64,000 bases of DNA, taken from positions 1-64,000 of the forward strand of contig FLMG01001221.1 in assembly GCA_900088475.1 (NCBI GenBank), written 5' to 3'. Position 1 is the stretch's first letter. Each line of letters starts with the position of its first letter. The notes beneath the pieces are model-generated. The model saw nothing but the letters and a program-made list of their open reading frames with translations. It did no database searches and was not told where the DNA came from. This DNA is from Hyphochytrium catenoides (taxonomy: Eukaryota; Protista; Hyphochytriomycota). Below are positions 35,454 through 45,425 of this stretch, in pieces. Made by a program: the position numbers and the translations under genes.

Positions 35454-38318
35454 ATGTCGTTCATTTTCCCCTCGCTGACCGCCAACAATCAGGGCGAAGT
35501 CGTACCTGCAGGGTCCTCTCTCTTAGCATCATCCACCAGGAGCGCTGGCAAGAGCGGAAGCATGGTGCCTGCACTTAGTGAGGCGCTTCTTACTGGGCTT
35601 CTGGGACGTTTCATGGAGGTCTCCGAGCTGCTGACTGACATCTTGAAGGGCATGGACCACCAACTGCCAAGGATTATCACGGTGGGCCAAGAGAGCAGCG
35701 GCAAATCCAGTGTTTTGGAGAGCATCGCCATGATTCCCGTCTTTCCAAGAGATGTTGACATCTGCACGCGAATGCCCATAGAACTCAACCTTCGACACGC
35801 TTCCCCTGACAGACTTCAGCAGTGGTGCCAGGAGAATAAGACGGTACCAGAGAGAAACATTCGCATTAGACTCAAGTACGACGATGGTCGCCCGCCTCGT
35901 GTCTCCGAGTATTTCAATGAAGCGGAAGCGCGAGAACGAGTGAAGGAATGGATGGACGAGGCTGTGCGAGAGAAGACAGGAGGCCGTGTCGCTGGGATTG
36001 TTCACCATGTTCTCTGCATTGAGATCACCTCCCCTGAAGTGCCCAACCTCCAGCTGGTCGACCTGCCAGGCATTGTGGGCGGTCGGCTGGTGGATGAGCC
36101 AGAGGATATGATGTTCCAAACCCGGCAGCTAGTGGAGAAGTTTATGAAGGCGCCTCACACGCTTGTCCTGGCGGTAGTGCCCGCCTTTGAACGTGCGCGT
36201 AACTCGCAAGCCTTTCAGCTGGTGCAACAATATCAACTTACTGAGAAATGTGTCGGCGTCCTCACGATGGCTGACCGCGCTCTAGACCCCAGCAATCCCA
36301 ATGGTCCCTTGGCGGAGCTTCAGGCGCGGCTGGATCTGAAGTCCAAGGACGTAGTCTATCTTCCTGAGGGCTATGTAGCGGTCAAAAATCGTGATTCTCG
36401 TCTTAAAATGGAGGTCTCTCTTCCTCAGACGCGCATCCAAGAGATCCAATGGTTCCAAGAGAACTTGCCTAATCACGGGAACACGACCTGCAGCGGTGTT
36501 CTGATCGATAAGTTGGTGAGGATGATGGAAAAGCACATCGCCGAGGAGTGGATCCCGGTAACAGTAAGGAAGATCCATGATGAGAAGCTCAAGCACCAAC
36601 GCTCGCTGGAGCAACTTGGAGTTCCATCGCCTAAGGACATGCTGGCAGAGATCAGTCAACTGATGGAGGCGTTCCCATTCGGTGAGGGCGACCACGCGGA
36701 AGAGGACAGTTCCGGAAGCGATAATGGCTGCGCAGAGAACTCTGCCTCTTCAGAGGCTCCGCTGGTGGTGGCAGAGTTGGTCAGTGGCAATGGCTTGAGC
36801 AAGAATGTGGCTCGGAGGACTGGAGACGCCATTGCTGGGGGTGAGGACTGCAGAGCTGCAGTGGTAGTTGAACCAGTGCAAATCCTAGCTACGGAAACAC
36901 TGGGCCATTCACCGCCAGCTGCCAACAGGGTCCACCTTCTCCCAGAAGGTAGCACCAGAAGGCAGCAGCTCTATGAGATGTCACCTCATCTGTGCAACAT
37001 TGTCCGTGTAATCCTTCGGTCCTTTGACTTTAAGGCTCTGGATCAGAAGCTGACGGAGATTGTGAATGGCGTTGTGGAAATGGCAACACGCTACGCTTTT
37101 CCCAATGCTTTCCTTGCGGAGCAGCGTCAACGTTTTGCAGGGCTAACGGATGCCATCTTTATCAATAATTTAATGGACAGGCTCCATGTGCAACTAGAGA
37201 CGTTTGCGCAGCAGGTGCGAGACAGCCTGCGAGAGCTTTTAGTCAAGGCGATTGAAGCCGACAAGACGTCTAAGCTCAATCTCTCGCGGTATGTCAACCT
37301 CGGCAACTTCCTAGCCACAGCGCTTCAAGAATCAGCGAGAAGAGTGATCGCCAGCAATAGGGAGGAGCTTTTATCTTCTTATCGGCAACAATTGATGGTG
37401 CTCTCCCTAGGTAGAGATCTTGAAGCTTCAGGTCTGTCTGGGGAAGAGATAAGTCGCCGCCCGCTCTTAGGGGCGGATCCTCGTGTTCCCGCCTTTTTAA
37501 AAGTGAGCTTCAAGGTGTACATTGTAGCGCCGCTCATCGACAGCTGTTCAGACCCACTGGTCTTAGCTACAGCCTTACAACGCTGTCTACTGTCCGCGAA
37601 GGCTACCGCTGGCACTGCTGACACTTTAGCCAGCGACTCGTCTTACGTTCTCTATGAGAACTGCTGGCAGGAGCGCCGTCGACTTGAAACAGCGATATTG
37701 AACATGAGCCGAGGGCTGGACATCTTAGCGGAGTTTGTCGATGTAAATAGTCTGCTCCGTCGTCAAAGCTCTCCCAGGCAGGTGGTCGCGCCATCTCAGC
37801 CTCAAACAGGCCTCCAACCACCTCCTGCCTCCCAAGATGTTCCCAGAAACAGCTTCAGTTCATCTCAGTCACTGCCTTCACCTCCACCCTCAAAGCCCAC
37901 AACTGCTCACAATGGTGCGGCTTTGAAGGATACCCTACAGCAGGATTGCGTGCTGCTCCCACATGCGCAGCTGACAGATGCTACTGGGGGCTATGTAGCT
38001 CAGCTATTCCAGGAAGACTGCACACTCAGAGTTTTCAAAGCTGACTCTCCTTCCAGCACCTGGAGCACACCAGCCCCTAGCCATGCAAAGGATAATGTTT
38101 CCTGTCGTCTTATCGTCCAAGGGGATGGGAACCTCGTTATCTACGGCAAGTCGGCCAGTGGAGAAGAGAGAGTCTGCTGGGCCTCCTGTACGATGCACAA
38201 GGGTGCAGCGCCCTATCGCCTAAAGGTTTGGAAGGATGGCAGACTGTATCTGTTTGATGGCGGCGACAAGGTAATCTGGAGAAGCCAGCCGCCACATGCA
38301 GGTGTCCCTAGCAACTAA
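35454..38318 (+). CDS. Dynamin/Mx-like GTPase with C-terminal bulb-type (B-)lectin domain, 954 aa, intronless
   Basis: LPRIITVGQESSGKSSVLE (G1), CTR (G2), LVDLPG (G3), VLTMAD (G4-like), VAVKNR. C-terminus has QEDCTLRVF, QGDGNLVIY...WAS and KDGRLYLFD..DKVIWRS. Confidence 0.9.
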   Translation: MSFIFPSLTANNQGEVVPAGSSLLASSTRSAGKSGSMVPALSEALLTGLLGRFMEVSELLTDILKGMDHQLPRIITVGQESSGKSSVLESIAMIPVFPRDVDICTRMPIELNLRHASPDRLQQWCQENKTVPERNIRIRLKYDDGRPPRVSEYFNEAEARERVKEWMDEAVREKTGGRVAGIVHHVLCIEITSPEVPNLQLVDLPGIVGGRLVDEPEDMMFQTRQLVEKFMKAPHTLVLAVVPAFERARNSQAFQLVQQYQLTEKCVGVLTMADRALDPSNPNGPLAELQARLDLKSKDVVYLPEGYVAVKNRDSRLKMEVSLPQTRIQEIQWFQENLPNHGNTTCSGVLIDKLVRMMEKHIAEEWIPVTVRKIHDEKLKHQRSLEQLGVPSPKDMLAEISQLMEAFPFGEGDHAEEDSSGSDNGCAENSASSEAPLVVAELVSGNGLSKNVARRTGDAIAGGEDCRAAVVVEPVQILATETLGHSPPAANRVHLLPEGSTRRQQLYEMSPHLCNIVRVILRSFDFKALDQKLTEIVNGVVEMATRYAFPNAFLAEQRQRFAGLTDAIFINNLMDRLHVQLETFAQQVRDSLRELLVKAIEADKTSKLNLSRYVNLGNFLATALQESARRVIASNREELLSSYRQQLMVLSLGRDLEASGLSGEEISRRPLLGADPRVPAFLKVSFKVYIVAPLIDSCSDPLVLATALQRCLLSAKATAGTADTLASDSSYVLYENCWQERRRLETAILNMSRGLDILAEFVDVNSLLRRQSSPRQVVAPSQPQTGLQPPPASQDVPRNSFSSSQSLPSPPPSKPTTAHNGAALKDTLQQDCVLLPHAQLTDATGGYVAQLFQEDCTLRVFKADSPSSTWSTPAPSHAKDNVSCRLIVQGDGNLVIYGKSASGEERVCWASCTMHKGAAPYRLKVWKDGRLYLFDGGDKVIWRSQPPHAGVPSN

Positions 38319-40161
38319 CTTTTATGATAAGCATCCGAATATATGACCATCGTCATTTATCTATCGCATGTCCCTTCCCGCCCTTCTCGCTCCCACCACT
38401 CGCTATGAACGGCCTCTGGCCAGAAAGATATGTTGCGAGTGAGACACCTACTACCAACAATAGATCCACTACGCCTTTGTTGGTCTTGTCAGAACTTGAC
38501 ATCTGACTTACAGGGTTAGGGTTGTGGGGTGAATGAATGGAGAAAAGAAGCGATCGGATGTAGCAGCAGTCAGTCATCATAGGGAACAAGGCAAGGAACT
38601 GTCATCTGTTTATGTGTCTGCAGACGAGTATATTCTTTGGTATCAGTAGCTACATAGTGGGCCGTGCCATGTCGGTCTAACTGGTTCTTATGTGTGGATG
38701 TATAAACTGCAGTCTCAAACAACCCACCCGGCTCCTCGGCTCCTGCATCTAAGACTGATAAGCAGCAACAAGTCCTACAGAAGAGCGACAGGGTCCCTGT
38801 CCCAATTAATATGAAACAGAGCAGACAGCCATCAGACCGTAGGAGTTCATCCGCCAACTGGACCTAAGGGGCACGCCACCGTCACGCCCTGCCTTCATCT
38901 CTCAAAGGAGGAAGAGAGAGCAGCCGGATGATTTAGTGAGGAAAAGCGGAGGACAAGTTTTGAGAAAGCTGGATGATTTAAATAGCTGGCTAGGCCGCGG
39001 TAAGAAGGATCCCATGGTTGGAGGCAGCCAGGAAGGAGCCATGACTGACCGCTCCCAATCAAACTACCTCGGAGCCCGAGGCGAGCCAAGGGAGCGGAGG
39101 AGGGGAAGCACTGAAGCTCTGGGAGGAGGAGACCTGTTGACAAGTGGTCAGGTCCCTTGACAAGTAAGTCCCTGCAGCACTTGTTGTGATAGGACTTAAT
39201 TCCGGAAGTCCCAGGCTTATTAGACGGCTTTCCCCTCGTCAAGTAGATATAAAAGATGGTTTTTGTAGACTTGGATTTTAGTTCCTTTGTAACGGATGAC
39301 AGAGGTATTCGTTTTTTCCTATCCGTTACATTCTACGAGGGCCGAGGAGGGGCTTGGGACGTGGCTCAGGCAGAAGAGCAGAAAGGCTGTCTGTCCAAGC
39401 TGTTCAGTGATGAGAGCAGGCGGAGACAGAGGGAAGCACAAGCAGGTCGTGTGAGAGAGTAAGGAAGTTAATAGAGTGATGGACTAGTACACTGCATGGC
39501 AGTGCTCTATAGGAACAAGCTATAAAGAGGGATGGGCAAGATAAAGAGAACAACCGGCTGCGAGAACATTAATACAGGGATGGAGGGGCCCGAGGGCTCC
39601 ACTCTGCAACTTCAAGTGAAGCCGTAATAACCTCACTTTATGCCCGGATGCAGCCTTCAAGAGGACCTTATTGCCGCATCCTTCCTCCTTTTCTATATTA
39701 GTAGGCTAGCGCTGACCCTGAATGGGAGCAGCGGACCTAAGCAATGTAAGGAGGAAGGAGAGACGCAGGAGGAAATGGGCGGCGACAACTGCCTCTTGCA
39801 GATGCCTTACCCGCGCTATGAGCATAATAATAGCTGCTAACGAAGGACTTCTAAGACTCTTATATGCTCTCCTCTTAACGCTCCCAGTGGCTTGGTAGAC
39901 GATAATAAGCAAAGATCCGGTTACCTTACACTATCAACCCGCGCTCTATATGTTACTAGTGAAGATGAAACGCTCATTGCAAACGTCAACTCCTTACCTG
40001 CAAGCGTGCCATCACCGAAAGACATAGCCGTCTCATCAGCCCCCCGACAAGGCACTGAGAGAACGACTTCTAATGGCGGGATTCTCCAATTAGTCTCTAG
40101 CTCCAAAACTCTATCCTCTGTTTCTTCCCTTATCTAGCATTTGTTGTTAGCTTCCTCGAGG

Positions 40162-42018
40162 ATGGAAGAAGAAGGATCTCGAGTGAGCTATGAGCTTGTC
40201 TCGTCAGAACCACTTCCTGTCATTGATCTATCAAAATCGTTTCTCTCTGTCCTGGTCGACCAATGGTTTGACCAGCAATATATGCGATGGACCGCTCGGG
40301 CACGACGGGTACTTGTGCCTATGTTTGACATAGGCGTGGTACTCGCTATGACAACGATGCTCTGGGACGGTAACCTAGGTTGCCTCTTAGCAGTCCCGTG
40401 TGCCTTTATGATGGCACCACTTTGTCTTTTAGAGTTGCCAAACCACCGCCTGCAGCTAGTCTATCTACTCGCGGCACAAAGCTTTGAATATTGGTTCCTT
40501 ATGATCTCAATGCTCATCTATGGACCTCTGAACGCCGTGATCATCGGAGACAGTCGTTGTCTTTACTTTATCACCACTTTCATTGGGACAATGACTGTGG
40601 TCACCTTTGACGCCGACCTCGTCCACAGGAAGGGCATTAGACGCGCAATGTTCCCAGCTCTGTTCACTACGTTTGTCTATGCCGGGTTCCTTTCTCTCAG
40701 AGTCATTGAAGGCATCAAGAACCTTGTCTTACGCATAGACACAAGAGAAATCTCCCTTGTAGACGTGGCGGTGAACCTCCTTTGTAATCTGGGCGTCGTC
40801 TTAGGGAAAAACCTGGTGAAGGGCTGGCAGGCGCATGTAGAGCCAAAGGTAGGGAACTCCTTTGACGAGAGAACTATCAGAATGCTCGTCTATCGCTGTG
40901 GGCTCAAGCTGAGAATAAGGGGCGCAAGAGATAGAGCGCCGTTTCTTTCCCCGACCTCTACATTGAGGAGCATCAAGGAGCTTCCGACATCGGGAGGGAG
41001 CCACAGCCAATTAAAGCTTTCTAGGAGCAGTCGAGCCATCTTCCCTGCTCACAATCCGCTGTTACAATGGGAAAGAGGAGAGGCATTCTTAGCGGAGCGA
41101 AGACGGATGACAGGCTTTCGACTGTTCTTATGTTCACTCGCAGCCATAGGTGGTGCAAGCGGCCCCTTGCTAATCTTCGCCTCGGCTGGAACTAGTGGCT
41201 CCCAAACTAGAGAATGGGAAGGAGGCAACGGGAGCGACGACGATTCAGCCTTCTCTTTACTTGTGTCTCAAAGTGGTAGAGCGCTGCGGCACTTAGTTGT
41301 AGGTGCTCTAGGACTTGCGGCCACTCTCATCTTCTACTTCTTCCTTGCTCTACATGCCAATCGCTCGATAGCAAGATGGCTCTTTGAGAGTTTTGACGTG
41401 CTGTTTATCTCCATCCAGTACTCTCTCTTCTGTATCTCTCTTTGCGACATCATGGGATGGGACTTCCGGTGCCTGGGTCTTCTCACCCTTTGGCTTTGGT
41501 TCCATTGCATCCTTCTCTCTGACTCCATTGTTCCAGCCACAAGGGAGATCCTAGGTGTCTCTAAGAGAAGGACAATGGCCCCGGTGATGTTTCTCATTCT
41601 CGCTACCCAGTTCTGGATGCTCTACCGGCTCTACTTTGCCCCTGGGAAAGACTTTACCTTTAGAACAATGTGGGAGGGTCGCTTCTCCGCCACTGGCCTG
41701 CGCTTCCGCATAGACAACGTTACGTTCACAGTCAGCAGACTGGTCACGGTTATTCCTTTCAGCTTTCGGTTGCTCTGGAAGCTATTGGTTAGAGCGGAAG
41801 ATGAGCTTATCCTCTTGCAAGGCTGTGTGGAGTACGAGAATGTCTTTGCGCCTCGAGAGCTAGCTGAGACCATAAAGCAGCAGACAATCAGGCAGAGTAC
41901 ACCGCAAAAAGGAAGAGAAGGTGAAAAGAGAGGAGGCGGAGGTGGTGTTAAGAAGGTTCAGGTCAGACCTGTGCAAGGAATAGTAAGGGTGATGACAGAC
42001 CATAGACCCTATCCTTGA
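40162..42018 (+). CDS. Internally duplicated multi-pass membrane protein of unknown function
   Basis: Two hydrophobic blocks with matching motifs (SFEYWF..DSRCL..TFDA and SFDVLF..DFRCL..LSDS) separated by a hydrophilic linker. First ATG is at 40162. Confidence 0.75.
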   Translation: MEEEGSRVSYELVSSEPLPVIDLSKSFLSVLVDQWFDQQYMRWTARARRVLVPMFDIGVVLAMTTMLWDGNLGCLLAVPCAFMMAPLCLLELPNHRLQLVYLLAAQSFEYWFLMISMLIYGPLNAVIIGDSRCLYFITTFIGTMTVVTFDADLVHRKGIRRAMFPALFTTFVYAGFLSLRVIEGIKNLVLRIDTREISLVDVAVNLLCNLGVVLGKNLVKGWQAHVEPKVGNSFDERTIRMLVYRCGLKLRIRGARDRAPFLSPTSTLRSIKELPTSGGSHSQLKLSRSSRAIFPAHNPLLQWERGEAFLAERRRMTGFRLFLCSLAAIGGASGPLLIFASAGTSGSQTREWEGGNGSDDDSAFSLLVSQSGRALRHLVVGALGLAATLIFYFFLALHANRSIARWLFESFDVLFISIQYSLFCISLCDIMGWDFRCLGLLTLWLWFHCILLSDSIVPATREILGVSKRRTMAPVMFLILATQFWMLYRLYFAPGKDFTFRTMWEGRFSATGLRFRIDNVTFTVSRLVTVIPFSFRLLWKLLVRAEDELILLQGCVEYENVFAPRELAETIKQQTIRQSTPQKGREGEKRGGGGGVKKVQVRPVQGIVRVMTDHRPYP

Positions 42019-42863
42019 AGTGGCCGCGCAGGTGTGGATGTAGATCATCAATCCATGCATCAAACAAGATAGACAGACCTCTAAATAGATTTCCATAGAG
42101 AGAGAGAGCCAAATGATGGGAGAGACTAAGGGGAAGACACAGTGGACTCATGCAAGCAGCTCGGCGAACCCTCATTGTCAATACAGCGGGAAGAGCTCAA
42201 AGCCCTACGTTGAGCTCGCTGGGACTCTCTGTCAGAAGAGAAGTCAAGGAGTTGATTAGCATGTCTCCACTTCATCTCATTCATTAGCACGAATAATAAA
42301 CCTTTCCTGAAGGGATGCAGAGATCTAAGCAGAAATTTGATACCTCAGCGGGTTAGGCTGAACCGACGATATGTAGAGTCATAAGAATAGCGAAGGGAAA
42401 CGCGAAAGAGGAAAGGTCATCCTCACCCTACCTCTCCCTCTAAGCTGTGTCTCATGGTCGGCACTCATCCCGGTGCAAGCTGCTTCATTCTGCCTCAGAA
42501 GAGATGCAGTCCAAGAAGCTTGAATAGATGGTGTCCAGCTTGTTTGCTTCAGATTGTTACAGTTGAGGGCTCTTTGTTCAAAGTTTGGAGGGGCGACGTT
42601 GGAGCGGAACTTAACGTACGTTTGCCCGGGTGATGGCCGGGGGAACAGTGTGCCAAGAAGTGGAGGTCATATGACGACAACTTCGACTAGGTTTCCTTGT
42701 TAACCTTAAGCCTAGATATAGCTCACACTTCTTTTTGATCTACTGCTTTGCTACTTAGACATTGTCCACATTATCTCTCTCCCCACTCGAAGGCCTTCTT
42801 TTAAAGCATTCGTGGCTGTCTAACTTAGGCCTTCACATGATCAACACAACGTAGACGGACCGC

Positions 42864-45425
42864 TTACAGCCAAGGATTAAGTTCTCCGCTCGCTATTATT
42901 CTCCTGGCTACTTCCAGGCTGCAATCGTCCCACATCAGCCGTCCTGGCTTGTCTGGATCTGACACCCATTCCCCGTGGTGGAGGTAGAGGTAGCCGAGAC
43001 GTCGACGTTCTTTAGCTTTCATCCTCCTCCCGTAACCCCCTTGCAAAGAATAATTGGCTAGAATCCAATCGATCACGTCCAGAAATGGACCTGGTGGGGC
43101 CCACGCCGCCTCAATGGCATCCTCCATCATACGGTGGCGGACATGGCGAGGCATCTTGCCATCCTTCAGGACTAACTTGCAAATGTCAAGATTGCCTCCC
43201 CTTGCGGCTGCGACGAAGCAGTGGGGTGAGTAGGCCCCTCCCCAGCGCTCATGCAGCCATCTTAGTAAAGGAAGGTTGCCATATTCTGCCACAATCTCCA
43301 TGTACTGATCTCTAACTACCGGCTCCTTGTTCTCTCGTACGGCAGAGAGATAGAGGCGTTCTATCATGGCATGCTCGCGGACGCGACTGTTCATCGAGGT
43401 CTCGGGGAGAACGTAATAGCCCTGATCCGCGAGGAACTTAAAGACCGCCTCTTGGCAGTAGCCGAGGACGGAATGAGAATAGTCGTTCCGAGGTTCTGGC
43501 ACGGTAAACGTAGCGCCGATCTCTTGGAATTGCTGCCGACAATAATCCTCGTGGATCATCGTCACGATCTGAAGGAGAGACGGACTAGACTTGAAGTGCC
43601 GCAAAGCGAGTTTCATGGCTTGTGGACTAAATGTAGCAAAGGTGTTATTGGAGACTTCCGTAAACAGCCCAACGTTCCCAGAGCACACAGCATAGTCCAG
43701 CAATGGGGAACTTTGGTGCCCGAAGCCCGGGAGCTCTTTCTCCTGCAGTAAGTTAAAGATTTCGCATCTGTGGACATTGGAGGCAGCGGCGGCGTACAAG
43801 CTAACGAAGTCTTCCAACCGCCAGTAAGGTGTTTCCCATTGGCCTCTGGGTAGCAGACAAAGCATGCGTCGCACGATGTCAAAAGAGTAATGCTTGATAG
43901 CCTCCGTGAGGGCGCGAGGAAACACAATCATCGAAGGAATGTCTGCAAAGGGAAGAGCGAACGTCTCCCATAGACTTACAATATACCGCACCAGCTCTGG
44001 ATCCAGCTCCTTGTTGAAGTACCATAGAGCCGATACAAAGGCGAGAAGCACCAGCTTTCTATCCTCCTCCTCATTGCCCGCGGGTGCAGATGCCTGCTGC
44101 TGCATTAGATACTCAGACTCGCGCACCAGAATGTGCAACAGCCGCATATCCAACCGCCGCCCCGTGGAATGGATTTTCGCCTTACAGGCAGCTGGGAAAC
44201 TCGCTGCAATAGGAGCCACAAGGAACAATCCCTTCTCAAGCAAGAACTCGATGGCACTGAAGGGAGCAAGCGAATCTAGAGCTTCATCGCTGACCACCCT
44301 CAGCCCTCTCTCTTCGTACAACCAGTCCATGATGTGCACATGCCCAGCCCTAGCGGCTGTAGCCATGAGTCTTATATAAAACGCCCATGACTTCGTCTTT
44401 GAACAGTCCCGGACGGCGCCATCTTCCTGAATTTCGAGGAGATTGGCCAGAAGATAAGCCAGGAGCTCCAAACTTCCGCCTTTAGCGGCTGAGTTTGCCA
44501 GAAACTCCAGTCGAGGCCGGTCCATACTTCCCAAGTCCACCTCATAGCTCTGCACTAAGGAAAGGAACAGTTCCATGCCTCCGTGTTCAGCCACATAATC
44601 CAAAAGATCTCCGCCGGCCGTCATGCCGTGACAACTGGTCAAATGGCTCTGGACCTTAGAATAGGGTGTATCGGCCATCTCTTCTTCTGTTCCGCCAGCA
44701 TTCGTGATGTCCCCAGTGCCCAGAAGCCACTGTGCTATCTCCCACTCTCCCCTGTCTACAGCGCCGATGAAGGTCTCAGCTGGGTGCCAGGAGGATGGAT
44801 TATGCTCGCGGATCCACTGCAAGATGTGGAAATGGCCTTGAGCGGCGGCTAGATCGCAGATACACCAGGGCAAGGCTGCGGTACGCCTCTCACATAGCCA
44901 CTTGACCACCTGCAGATTCCCTGTTCTGGTTGCCTCCGCGATGACCCAAGCACTCGTAGCCTCTTTTCTGTTTCTCTCATATAACCAGCGCAGGATCTCC
45001 ATCTGGCCATCTGATGCCGCTACGCGAGCAGCATCGGCAACCGCTCCAATTTCTCGTTCTTCGAACAGCAAGCGCACCAGCCCTAGGTTACCTTGCTGAA
45101 CAGCGTAGCAAACGGCATTGTGTGTACATCTCACAGTCTTGCCCCTCGCCGCGTGGAGATACTTAGCCAGCTCGATGTGGCCCATTCTGACCGCTGTGTC
45201 CATGCAGAACCAGTCCTTCCCAGCACGACCTTCAGTGAAGCTCGCAATGTAAGAGAAGAGACCAGAGACCAGCAATCCAGGGCTTATTGAAGGACCAGAA
45301 GAAGAGGAGGTACCGGCTTCTCCGTCTTTGATACCGTCGTCATTCTTCGAGCCCACCAAGCAGCAACCACCACTGTCACCGAAGTTGCTAGGCAGCTGCT
45401 CCGTCCCTTGCGATAGGAGCTCCAT
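42864..45425 (-). CDS. Ankyrin-repeat protein with degenerate repeats, 853 aa, intronless
   Basis: Repeats such as MDTAVRMGHIELAKYLH, AASDGQMEILRWLYE, ATRTGNLQVVKWL, AAAQGHFHILQWI and AARGGNLDICKLV. Confidence 0.85.
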   Translation of the reverse strand: MELLSQGTEQLPSNFGDSGGCCLVGSKNDDGIKDGEAGTSSSSGPSISPGLLVSGLFSYIASFTEGRAGKDWFCMDTAVRMGHIELAKYLHAARGKTVRCTHNAVCYAVQQGNLGLVRLLFEEREIGAVADAARVAASDGQMEILRWLYERNRKEATSAWVIAEATRTGNLQVVKWLCERRTAALPWCICDLAAAQGHFHILQWIREHNPSSWHPAETFIGAVDRGEWEIAQWLLGTGDITNAGGTEEEMADTPYSKVQSHLTSCHGMTAGGDLLDYVAEHGGMELFLSLVQSYEVDLGSMDRPRLEFLANSAAKGGSLELLAYLLANLLEIQEDGAVRDCSKTKSWAFYIRLMATAARAGHVHIMDWLYEERGLRVVSDEALDSLAPFSAIEFLLEKGLFLVAPIAASFPAACKAKIHSTGRRLDMRLLHILVRESEYLMQQQASAPAGNEEEDRKLVLLAFVSALWYFNKELDPELVRYIVSLWETFALPFADIPSMIVFPRALTEAIKHYSFDIVRRMLCLLPRGQWETPYWRLEDFVSLYAAAASNVHRCEIFNLLQEKELPGFGHQSSPLLDYAVCSGNVGLFTEVSNNTFATFSPQAMKLALRHFKSSPSLLQIVTMIHEDYCRQQFQEIGATFTVPEPRNDYSHSVLGYCQEAVFKFLADQGYYVLPETSMNSRVREHAMIERLYLSAVRENKEPVVRDQYMEIVAEYGNLPLLRWLHERWGGAYSPHCFVAAARGGNLDICKLVLKDGKMPRHVRHRMMEDAIEAAWAPPGPFLDVIDWILANYSLQGGYGRRMKAKERRRLGYLYLHHGEWVSDPDKPGRLMWDDCSLEVARRIIASGELNPWL

